From Auanema rhodensis (Eukaryota; Animalia; Nematoda): DNA of 64,000 nucleotides. This document shows positions 45,001 through 56,496 of the stretch, piece by piece. Within the stretch, counting starts at the first letter, position 1. Each line of letters starts with the position of its first letter. The stretch covers positions 21,700,001 to 21,764,000 of the forward strand of contig OZ059900.1 in the NCBI GenBank assembly GCA_964057225.1. The letters are read 5' to 3'. Under the pieces are notes generated by a model that searched no databases, was not told where the DNA came from, and saw nothing but the letters and a program-made list of their open reading frames with translations. A program made the translations under genes and the position numbers.

Positions 45001-48000
45001 TCTAGTGTTCAGCATGTAAAATGCTTCATTTTAGTATGTAACACGCTGAAATTCGTTGCATTTGACGACTCATATGAACAAAAATCGATTTAATCAATAT
45101 TAGCCATAAGGGGCGTGCCCTCAGAATATGCTAATTTCCTTAATTTTCTAACCCCTGTTTTTTTGTCGTGAAAGTGGAACTAGACGTTGTACGAACAATT
45201 TTGAGCTAGGTTTCATTGACATTGCATGAGTTTGAACACATGAAATCGTAAGTCAAAACCTTGTTTACAGCGAAATTTCCAAAAACTGGTTTTCCAGCAT
45301 AATAAAATATTTCTCATGGGTATTACTGTGTTTTTGTATTTTTCTAGTGTTCAGCATGTAAAATGCTTCATTTTAGTATGTAACACGCTGAAATTCGTTG
45401 CATTTGACGACTCATATGAACAAAAATCGATTTAATCAATATTAGCCATAAGGGGCGTGCCCTCAGAATATGCTAATTTCCTTAATTTTCTAACCCCTGT
45501 TTTTTTGTCGTGAAAGTGGAACTAGACGTTGTACGAACAATTTTGAGCTAGGTTTCATTGACATTGCATGAGTTTGAACACATGAAATCGTAAGTCAAAA
45601 CCTTGTTTACAGCGAAATTTCCAAAAACTGGTTTTCCAGCATAATAAAATATTTCTCATGGGAAATACTGTGTTTTTGTATTTTTCTAGTGTTCAGCATG
45701 TGAAATGCTTCATTTTAGTATGTAACACGCTGAAATTCGTTGCATTTGACGACTCATATGAACAAAAATCGATTTAATCAATATTAGCCATAAAGGGCGT
45801 GCCCTCAGAATATGCTAATTTCCTTTATTTTCTAACCCCTGTTTTTTTGTCGTGAAAGTGGAACTAGACGTTGTAGGAACAATTTTGAGCTAGGTTTCAT
45901 TGACATTGCATGAGTTTGAACACATGAAATCGTAAGTCAAAACCTTGTTTACAGCGAAATTTTCAAAAACTGGTTTTCCAGCATAATAAAATATTTCTCA
46001 TGGGAAATACTGTGTTTTTGTATTTTTCTAGTGTTCAGCATGTAAAATGCTTCATTTTAGTATGTAACACGCTGAAATTCGTTGCATTTGACGACTCATA
46101 TGAACAAAAATCGATTTAATCAATATTAGCCATAAGGGGCGTGCCCTCAGAATATGCTAATTTCCTTAATTTTCTAACCCCTGTTTTTTTGTCGTGAAAG
46201 TGGAACTAGTCGTTGTACGAACAATTTTGAGCTAGGTTTCATTGACATTGCATGAGTTTGAACACATGAAATCGTAAGTCAAAACCTTGTTTACAGCGAA
46301 ATTTCCAAAAACTGGTTTTCCAGCATAATAAAATATTTCTCATGGGAAATACTGTGTTTTTGTATTTTTCTAGTGTTCAGCATGTAAAATGCTTCATTTT
46401 AGTATGTAACACGCTGAAATTCGTTGCATTTGACGACTCATATGAACAAAAATCGATTTAATCAATATTAGCCATAAGGGGCGTGCCCTCAGAATATGCT
46501 AATTTCCTTAATTTTCTAACCCCTGTTTTTTTGTCGTGAAAGTGGAACTAGTCGTTGTACGAACAATTTTGAGCTAGGTTTCATTGACATTGCATGAGTT
46601 TGAACACATGAAATCGTAAGTCAAAACCTTGTTTACAGCGAAATTTCCAAAAACTGGTTTTCCAGCATAATAAAATATTTCTCATGGGAAATACTGTGTT
46701 TTTGTATTTTTCTAGTGTTCAGCATGTAAAATGCTTCATTTTAGTATGTAACACGCTGAAATTCGTTGCATTTGACGACTCATATGAACAAAAATCGATT
46801 TAATCAATATTAGCCATAAGGGGCGTGCCCTCAGAATATGCTAATTTCCTTAATTTTCTAACCCCTGTTTTTTTGTCGTAAAAGTGGAACTAGACGTTGT
46901 ACGAACAATTTTGAGCTAGGTTTCATTGACATTGCATGAGTTTGAACACATGAAATCGTAAGTCAAAACCTTGTTTACAGCGAAATTTCCAAAAACTGGT
47001 TTTCCAGCATAATAAAATTATTCTCATGGGAAATACTGTGTTTTTGTATTTTTCTAGTGTTCAGCATGTAAAATGCTTCATTTTAGTATGTAACACGCTG
47101 AAATTCGTTGCATTTGACGACTCATATGAACAAAAATCGATTTAATCAATATTAGCCATAAGGGGCGTGCCCTCAGAATATGCTAATTTCCTTAATTTTC
47201 TAACCCCTGTTTTTTTGTCGTGAAAGTGGAACTAGACGTTGTACGAACAATTTTGAGCTAGGTTTCATTGACATTGCATGAGTTTGAACACATGAAATCG
47301 TAAGTCAAAACCTTGTTTACAGCGAAATTTCCAAAAACTGGTTTTCCAGCATAATAAAATATTTCTCATGGGAAATACTGTGTTTTTGTATTTTTCTAGT
47401 GTTCAGCATGTAAAATGCTTCATTTTAGTATGTAACACGCTGAAATTCGTTGCATTTGACGACTCATATGAACAAAAATCGATTTAATCAATATTAGCCA
47501 TAAAGGGCGTGCCCTCAGAATATGCTAATTTCCTTAATTTTCTAACCCCTGTTTTTTTGTCGTGAAAGTGGAACTAGACGTTGTAGGAACAATTTTGAGC
47601 TAGGTTTCATTGACATTGCATGAGTTTGAACACATGAAATCGTAAGTCAAAACCTTGTTTACAGCGAAATTTCCAAAAACTGGTTTTCCAGCATAATAAA
47701 ATATTTCTCATGGGAAATACTGTGTTTTTGTATTTTTCTAGTGTTCAGCATGTAAAATGCTTCATTTTAGTACGTAACACGCTGAAATTCGTTGCATTTG
47801 ACGACTCATATGAACAAAAATCGATTTAATCAATATTAGCCATAAGGGGCGTGCCCTCAGAATATGCTAATTTCCTTAATTTTCTAACCCCTGTTTTTTT
47901 GTCGTGAAAGTGGAACTAGACGTTGTACGAACAATTTTGAGCTAGGTTTCATTGACATTGCATGAGTTTGAACACATGAAATCGTAAGTCAAAACCTTGT

Positions 48001-50287
48001 TTACAGCGAAATTTCCAAAAACTGGTTTTCCAGCATAATAAAATATTTCTCATGGGAAATACTGTGTTTTTGTATTTTTCTAGTGTTCAGCATGTAAAAT
48101 GCTTCATTTTAGTATGTAACACGCTGAAATTCGTTGCATTTGACGACTCATATGAACAAAAATCGATTTAATCAATATTAGCCATAAAGGGCGTGCCCTC
48201 AGAATATGCTAATTTCCTTAATTTTCTAACCCCTGTTTTTTTGTCGTGAAAGTGGAACTAGACGTTGTAGGAACAATTTTGAGCTAGGTTTCATTGACAT
48301 TGCATGAGTTTGAACACATGAAATCGTAAGTCAAAACCTTGTTTACAGCGAAATTTTCAAAAACTGGTTTTCCAGCATAATAAAATATTTCTCATGGGAA
48401 ATACTGTGTTTTTGTATTTTTCTAGTGTTCAGCATGTAAAATGCTTCATTTTAGTATGTAACACGCTGAAATTCGTTGCATTTGACGACTCATATGAACA
48501 AAAATCGATTTAATCAATATTAGCCATAAGGGGCGTGCCCTCAGAATATGCTAATTTCCTTAATTTTCTAACCCCTGTTTTTTTGTCGTGAAAGTGGAAC
48601 TAGACGTTGTACGAACAATTTTGAGCTAGGTTTCATTGACATTGCATGAGTTTGAACACATGAAATCGTAAGTCAAAACCTTGTTTACAGCGAAATTTCC
48701 AAAAACTGGTTTTCCAGCATAATAAAATATTTCTCATGGGAAATACTGTGTTTTTGTATTTTTCTAGTGTTCAGCATGTAAAATGCTTCATTTTAGTATG
48801 TAACACGCTGAAATTCGTTGCATTTGACGACTCATATGAACAAAAATCGATTTAATCAATATTAGCCATAAAGGGCGTGCCCTCAGAATATGCTAATTTC
48901 CTTAATTTTCTAACCCCTGTTTTTTTGTCCTGAAAGTGGAACTAGACATTGTATTAACAATTTTGAGCTAGGTTTCATTGACATTGCATGAGTTTGAACA
49001 CATGAAATCGTAAGTCAAAACCTTGTTTACAGCGAAATTTCCAAAAACTGGTTTTCCAGCATAATAAAATATTTCTCATGGGTATTACTGTGTTTTTGTA
49101 TTTTTCTAGTGTTCAGCATGTAAAATGCTTCATTTTAGTATGTAACACGCTGAAATTCGTTGCATTTGACGACTCATATGAACAAAAATCGATTTAATCA
49201 ATATTAGCCATAAAGGGCGTGCCCTCAGAATATGCTAATTTCCTTAATTTTCTAACCCCTGTTTTTTTGTCGTGAAAGTGGAACTAGACGTTGTAGGAAC
49301 AATTTTGAGCTAGGTTTCATTGACATTGCATGAGTTTGAACACATGAAATCGTAAGTCAAAACCTTGTTTACAGCGAAATTTCCAAAAACTGGTTTTCCA
49401 GCATAATAAAATATTTCTCATGGGTATTACTGTGTTTTTGTATTTTTCTAGTGTTCAGCATGTAAAATGCTTCATTTTAGTATGTAACACGCTGAAATTC
49501 GTTGCATTTGACGACTCATATGAACAAAAATCGATTTAATCAATATTAGCCATAAGGGGCGTGCCCTCAGAATATGCTAATTTCCTTAATTTTCTAACCC
49601 CTGTTTTTTTGTCGTGAAAGTGGAACTAGACGTTGTACGAACAATTTTGAGCTAGGTTTCATTGACATTGCATGAGTTTGAACACATGAAATCGTAAGTC
49701 AAAACCTTGTTTACAGCGAAATTTCCAAAAACTGGTTTTCCAGCATAATAAAATATTTCTCATGGGTATTACTGTGTTTTTGTATTTTTCTAGTGTTCAG
49801 CATGTAAAATGCTTCATTTTAGTATGTAACACGCTGAAATTCGTTGCATTTGACGACTCATATGAACAAAAATCGATTTAATCAATATTAGCCATAAGGG
49901 GCGTGCCCTCAGAATATGCTAATTTCCTTAATTTTCTAACCCCTGTTTTTTTGTCGTGAAAGTGGAACTAGACGTTGTACGAACAATTTTGAGCTAGGTT
50001 TCATTGACATTGCATGAGTTTGAACACATGAAATCGTAAGTCAAAACCTTGTTTACAGCGAAATTTCCAAAAACTGGTTTTCCAGCATAATAAAATATTT
50101 CTCATGGGAAATACTGTGTTTTTGTATTTTTCTAGTGTTCAGCATGTGAAATGCTTCATTTTAGTATGTAACACGCTGAAATTCGTTGCATTTGACGACT
50201 CATATGAACAAAAATCGATTTAATCAATATTAGCCATAAAGGGCGTGCCCTCAGAATATGCTAATTTCCTTAATTTTCTAACCCCTG
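42080..50287 (+). repeat. Local higher-order repeat with a 13-monomer period (4446 bp; 11 monomers in register)
   Basis: gtcCtg at 44481 and 48927; cgtAaaag at 42431 and 46877; both offsets are 4446 = 13x342. Confidence 0.9.
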
Positions 50288-50288
50288 T

Positions 50289-50300
50289 ATTTCCATTACC
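50289..50300. other. Inversion junction J1 with 12-nt filler (atttccattacc)
   Basis: aacccctgt|atttccattacc|aaatcgatttttgttcatatgag: the forward monomer stops, and the reverse-complement monomer starts at monomer position 276. Confidence 0.95.
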
Positions 50301-53300
50301 AAATCGATTTTTGTTCATATGAGTCGTCAAATGCAACGAATTTCAGCGTGTTACATACTAAAATGAAGCATTTTACATGCTGAACACTAGAAAAATACAA
50401 AAACACAGTATTTCCCATGAGAAATATTTTATTATGCTGGAAAACCAGTTTTTGGAAATTTCGCTGTAAACAAGGTTTTGACTTACGATTTCATGTGTTC
50501 AAACTCATGCAATGTCAATGAAACCTAGCTCAAAATTGTTCGTACAACGACTAGTTCCACTTTCACGACAAAAAAACAGGGGTTAGAAAATTAAGGCAAT
50601 TAGCATATTCTGAGGGCACGCCCCTTATGGCTAATATTGATTAAATCGATTTTTGTTCATATGAGTCGTCAAATGCAACGAATTTCAGCGTGTTACATAC
50701 TAAAATGAAGCATTTTACATGCTGAACACTAGAAAAATACAAAAACACAGTATTTCCCATGAGAAATATTTTATTATGCTGGAAAACCAGTTTTTGAAAA
50801 TATCGCTGTAAACAAGGTTTTGACTTACGATTTCATGTGTTCAAACTCATGCAATGTCAATGAAACCTAGCTCAAAATTGTTCCTACAACGTCTAGTTCC
50901 ACTTTCACGACAAAAAAACAGGGGTTAGAAAATTAAGGAAATTAGCATATTCTGAGGGCACGCCCCTTATGGCTAATATTGATTAAATCGATTTTTGTTC
51001 ATATGAGTCGTCAAATGCAACGAATTTCAGCGTGTTACATACTAAAATGAAGCATTTTACATGCTGAACACTAGAAAAATACAAAAACACAGTATTTCCC
51101 ATGAGAAATATTTTATTATGCTGGAAAACCAGTTTTTGGAAATTTCGCTGTAAACAAGGTTTTGACTTACGATTTCATGTGTTCAAACTCATGCAATGTC
51201 AATGAAACCTAGCTCAAAATTGTTCCTACAACGTCTAGTTCCACTTTCACGACAAAAAAACAGGGGTTAGAAAATTAAGGAAATTAGCATATTCTGAGGG
51301 CACGCCCTTTATGGCTAATATTGATTAAATCGATTTTTGTTCATATGAGTCGTCAAATGCAACGAATTTCAGCGTGTTACATACTAAAATGAAGCATTTC
51401 ACATGCTGAACACTAGAAAAATACAAAAACACAGTATTTCCCATGAGAAATATTTTATTATGCTGGAAAACCAGTTTTTGGAAATTTCGCTGTAAACAAG
51501 GTTTTGACTTACGATTTCATGTGTTCAAACTCATGCAATGTCAATGAAACCTAGCTCAAAATTGTTCGTACAACGTCTAGTTCCACTTTCACGACAAAAA
51601 AACAGGGGTTAGAAAATTAAGGAAATTAGCATATTCTGAGGGCACGCCCCTTATGGCTAATATTGATTAAATCGATTTTTGTTCATATGAGTCGTCAAAT
51701 GCAACGAATTTCAGCGTGTTACATACTAAAATGAAGCATTTTACATGCTGAACACTAGAAAAATACAAAAACACAGTAATACCCATGAGAAATATTTTAT
51801 TATGCTGGAAAACCAGTTTTTGGAAATTTCGCTGTAAACAAGGTTTTGACTTACGATTTCATGTGTTCAAACTCATGCAATGTCAATGAAACCTAGCTCA
51901 AAATTGTTCGTACAACGTCTAGTTCCACTTTCACGACAAAAAAACAGGGGTTAGAAAATTAAGGAAATTAGCATATTCTGAGGGCACGCCCCTTATGGCT
52001 AATATTGATTAAATCGATTTTTGTTCATATGAGTCGTCAAATGCAACGAATTTCAGCGTGTTACATACTAAAATGAAGCATTTTACATGCTGAACACTAG
52101 AAAAATACAAAAACACAGTAATACCCATGAGAAATATTTTATTATGCTGGAAAACCAGTTTTTGGAAATTTCGCTGTAAACAAGGTTTTGACTTACGATT
52201 TCATGTGTTCAAACTCATGCAATGTCAATGAAACCTAGCTCAAAATTGTTCCTACAACGTCTAGTTCCACTTTCACGACAAAAAAACAGGGGTTAGAAAA
52301 TTAAGGAAATTAGCATATTCTGAGGGCACGCCCTTTATGGCTAATATTGATTAAATCGATTTTTGTTCATATGAGTCGTCAAATGCAACGAATTTCAGCG
52401 TGTTACATACTAAAATGAAGCATTTTACATGCTGAACACTAGAAAAATACAAAAACACAGTAATACCCATGAGAAATATTTTATTATGCTGGAAAACCAG
52501 TTTTTGGAAATTTCGCTGTAAACAAGGTTTTGACTTACGATTTCATGTGTTCAAACTCATGCAATGTCAATGAAACCTAGCTCAAAATTGTTAATACAAT
52601 GTCTAGTTCCACTTTCAGGACAAAAAAACAGGGGTTAGAAAATTAAGGAAATTAGCATATTCTGAGGGCACGCCCTTTATGGCTAATATTGATTAAATCG
52701 ATTTTTGTTCATATGAGTCGTCAAATGCAACGAATTTCAGCGTGTTACATACTAAAATGAAGCATTTTACATGCTGAACACTAGAAAAATACAAAAACAC
52801 AGTATTTCCCATGAGAAATATTTTATTATGCTGGAAAACCAGTTTTTGGAAATTTCGCTGTAAACAAGGTTTTGACTTACGATTTCATGTGTTCAAACTC
52901 ATGCAATGTCAATGAAACCTAGCTCAAAATTGTTCGTACAACGTCTAGTTCCACTTTCACGACAAAAAAACAGGGGTTAGAAAATTAAGGAAATTAGCAT
53001 ATTCTGAGGGCACGCCCCTTATGGCTAATATTGATTAAATCGATTTTTGTTCATATGAGTCGTCAAATGCAACGAATTTCAGCGTGTTACATACTAAAAT
53101 GAAGCATTTTACATGCTGAACACTAGAAAAATACAAAAACACAGTATTTCCCATGAGAAATATTTTATTATGCTGGAAAACCAGTTTTTGAAAATTTCGC
53201 TGTAAACAAGGTTTTGACTTACGATTTCATGTGTTCAAACTCATGCAATGTCAATGAAACCTAGCTCAAAATTGTTCCTACAACGTCTAGTTCCACTTTC

Positions 53301-55560
53301 ACGACAAAAAAACAGGGGTTAGAAAATTAAGGAAATTAGCATATTCTGAGGGCACGCCCTTTATGGCTAATATTGATTAAATCGATTTTTGTTCATATGA
53401 GTCGTCAAATGCAACGAATTTCAGCGTGTTACATACTAAAATGAAGCATTTTACATGCTGAACACTAGAAAAATACAAAAACACAGTATTTCCCATGAGA
53501 AATATTTTATTATGCTGGAAAACCAGTTTTTGGAAATTTCGCTGTAAACAAGGTTTTGACTTACGATTTCATGTGTTCAAACTCATGCAATGTCAATGAA
53601 ACCTAGCTCAAAATTGTTCGTACAACGTCTAGTTCCACTTTCACGACAAAAAAACAGGGGTTAGAAAATTAAGGAAATTAGCATATTCTGAGGGCACGCC
53701 CCTTATGGCTAATATTGATTAAATCGATTTTTGTTCATATGAGTCGTCAAATGCAACGAATTTCAGCGTGTTACGTACTAAAATGAAGCATTTTACATGC
53801 TGAACACTAGAAAAATACAAAAACACAGTATTTCCCATGAGAAATATTTTATTATGCTGGAAAACCAGTTTTTGGAAATTTCGCTGTAAACAAGGTTTTG
53901 ACTTACGATTTCATGTGTTCAAACTCATGCAATGTCAATGAAACCTAGCTCAAAATTGTTCCTACAACGTCTAGTTCCACTTTCACGACAAAAAAACAGG
54001 GGTTAGAAAATTAAGGAAATTAGCATATTCTGAGGGCACGCCCTTTATGGCTAATATTGATTAAATCGATTTTTGTTCATATGAGTCGTCAAATGCAACG
54101 AATTTCAGCGTGTTACATACTAAAATGAAGCATTTTACATGCTGAACACTAGAAAAATACAAAAACACAGTATTTCCCATGAGAAATATTTTATTATGCT
54201 GGAAAACCAGTTTTTGGAAATTTCGCTGTAAACAAGGTTTTGACTTACGATTTCATGTGTTCAAACTCATGCAATGTCAATGAAACCTAGCTCAAAATTG
54301 TTCGTACAACGTCTAGTTCCACTTTCACGACAAAAAAACAGGGGTTAGAAAATTAAGGAAATTAGCATATTCTGAGGGCACGCCCCTTATGGCTAATATT
54401 GATTAAATCGATTTTTGTTCATATGAGTCGTCAAATGCAACGAATTTCAGCGTGTTACATACTAAAATGAAGCATTTTACATGCTGAACACTAGAAAAAT
54501 ACAAAAACACAGTATTTCCCATGAGAATAATTTTATTATGCTGGAAAACCAGTTTTTGGAAATTTCGCTGTAAACAAGGTTTTGACTTACGATTTCATGT
54601 GTTCAAACTCATGCAATGTCAATGAAACCTAGCTCAAAATTGTTCGTACAACGTCTAGTTCCACTTTTACGACAAAAAAACAGGGGTTAGAAAATTAAGG
54701 AAATTAGCATATTCTGAGGGCACGCCCCTTATGGCTAATATTGATTAAATCGATTTTTGTTCATATGAGTCGTCAAATGCAACGAATTTCAGCGTGTTAC
54801 ATACTAAAATGAAGCATTTTACATGCTGAACACTAGAAAAATACAAAAACACAGTATTTCCCATGAGAAATATTTTATTATGCTGGAAAACCAGTTTTTG
54901 GAAATTTCGCTGTAAACAAGGTTTTGACTTACGATTTCATGTGTTCAAACTCATGCAATGTCAATGAAACCTAGCTCAAAATTGTTCGTACAACGACTAG
55001 TTCCACTTTCACGACAAAAAAACAGGGGTTAGAAAATTAAGGAAATTAGCATATTCTGAGGGCACGCCCCTTATGGCTAATATTGATTAAATCGATTTTT
55101 GTTCATATGAGTCGTCAAATGCAACGAATTTCAGCGTGTTACATACTAAAATGAAGCATTTTACATGCTGAACACTAGAAAAATACAAAAACACAGTATT
55201 TCCCATGAGAAATATTTTATTATGCTGGAAAACCAGTTTTTGAAAATTTCGCTGTAAACAAGGTTTTGACTTACGATTTCATGTGTTCAAACTCATGCAA
55301 TGTCAATGAAACCTAGCTCAAAATTGTTCCTACAACGTCTAGTTCCACTTTCACGACAAAAAAACAGGGGTTAGAAAATTAAGGAAATTAGCATATTCTG
55401 AGGGCACGCCCTTTATGGCTAATATTGATTAAATCGATTTTTGTTCATATGAGTCGTCAAATGCAACGAATTTCAGCGTGTTACATACTAAAATGAAGCA
55501 TTTTACATGCTGAACACTAGAAAAATACAAAAACACAGTATTTCCCATGAGAAATATTTT
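50301..55560 (-). repeat. Inverted block of the same 342-bp satellite, about 15.4 copies
   Basis: The sequence is the reverse complement of the monomer (e.g. ctagttccactttcacgacaaaaaaacaggggttag) and keeps the 342-bp period. Confidence 0.99.
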
Positions 55561-55694
55561 TCCTTAATTTTCTAACCCCTGTATTTAATCAATATTAGCC
55601 ATAAAGGGCGTGCCCTCAGAATATGCTAATTTCCTTAATTTTCTAACCCCTGTATTTCCCATGAGAAATATTTTATTATGCTGGAAAAAAAAAA
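55561..55694. other. Mosaic junction cassette made of short satellite fragments in mixed orientation
   Basis: Forward monomer positions 320-343 (55559-55582), forward 273-343 (55583-55653), reverse 169-133 (55652-55688), then an A10 run (55685-55694) leading into the forward monomer at position 98. Confidence 0.95.
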
Positions 55695-55980
55695 CCTTGT
55701 TTACAGCGAAATTTCCAAAAACTGGTTTTCCAGCATAATAAAATATTTCTCATGGGAAATACTGTGTTTTTGTATTTTTCTAGTGTTCAGCATGTAAAAT
55801 GCTTCATTTTAGTATGTAACACGCTGAAATTCGTTGCATTTGACGACTCATATGAACAAAAATCGATTTAATCAATATTAGCCATAAAGGGCGTGCCCTC
55901 AGAATATGCTAATTTCCTTTATTTTCTAACCCCTGTTTTTTTGTCGTGAAAGTGGAACTAGACGTTGTAGGAACAATTTT
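55691..55980 (+). repeat. Short forward satellite segment (monomer positions 98-342 plus 1-45)
   Basis: aaaaccttgtttacagcg...gtaggaacaatttt. It carries the rare ttcctTtattttc variant, also seen at about 41038 and 45826. Confidence 0.95.
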
Positions 55981-55998
55981 CCAGTTTTTCCAGTTTTT
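55981..55998. other. Central fold-back junction with a 9-bp tandem duplication (ccagttttt x2)
   Basis: gaacaatttt|ccagttttt|ccagtttttggaaatttcg: a switch from + to - at the monomer's ctggttttccag dyad. Confidence 0.93.
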
Positions 55999-56366
55999 GG
56001 AAATTTCGCTGTAAACAAGGTTTTGACTTACGATTTCATGTGTTCAAACTCATGCAATGTCAATGAAACCTAGCTCAAAATTGTTCGTACAACGACTAGT
56101 TCCACTTTCACGACAAAAAAACAGGGGTTAGAAAATTAAGGAAATTAGCATATTCTGAGGGCACGCCCCTTATGGCTAATATTGATTAAATCGATTTTTG
56201 TTCATATGAGTCGTCAAATGCAACGAATTTCAGCGTGTTACATACTAAAATGAAGCATTTTACATGCTGAACACTAGAAAAATACAAAAACACAGTATTT
56301 CCCATGAGAAATATTTTATTATGCTGGAAAACCAGTTTTTGGAAATTTCGCTGTAAACAAGGTTTT
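55990..56366 (-). repeat. Short inverted satellite segment (about 1.1 monomer)
   Basis: Reverse-complement monomer running from position 132 down through one full unit to position 98. Confidence 0.95.
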
Positions 56367-56496
56367 TTTTTTCCAGCATAATAAAATATTTCTCATGGGA
56401 AATACAGGGGTTAGAAAATTAAGGAAATTAGCATATTCTGAGGGCACGCCCTTTATGGCTAATATTGATTAAATACAGGGGTTAGAAAATTAAGGA
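56363..56496. other. Exact reverse-complement copy of the mosaic cassette at 55561-55694
   Basis: T10 run (56363-56372), ccagcataataaaatatttctcatgggaaatac, aggggttag...gattaaat, acaggggttagaaaattaagga. Paired coordinates sum to 112057 at both ends. Confidence 0.96.

Larger units (their letters stand above)
1..50288 (+). repeat. Tandem satellite DNA array, 342-bp monomer, about 147 head-to-tail copies (forward orientation, runs off the left edge)
   Basis: tttttttgtcgtgaaagtgg starts at 1, 343, 1711 (5x342+1) and 3421 (10x342+1). Register shifts only by rare 1-bp indels (G4 to G5 in ataagggg, T-tract +/-1, cgtTgaaag). The last monomer ends ...aacccctgt at 50288. Confidence 0.99.

Noticed and set aside
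1-50288. Giant repetitive ORF (342 bp = 114 codons, so a frame could run through the array)
   Set aside because: Each monomer has stops in all three forward frames (tga 70-72, tag 50-52, tga 12-14) and all three reverse frames (cta at 23, cta at 49, tta at 108), and 1-bp indels shift the register.
55685-55694. Poly(A) tail of a retrotransposed insert
   Set aside because: The A10 run is explained by joining two satellite A4 tracts plus two extra A, and no retro-element body or target-site duplication is present.
55561-56496. MITE or DNA transposon with 134-bp terminal inverted repeats
   Set aside because: The inverted repeats and the interior are entirely satellite-derived, there is no target-site duplication, and the symmetry extends for kilobases beyond the cassette.
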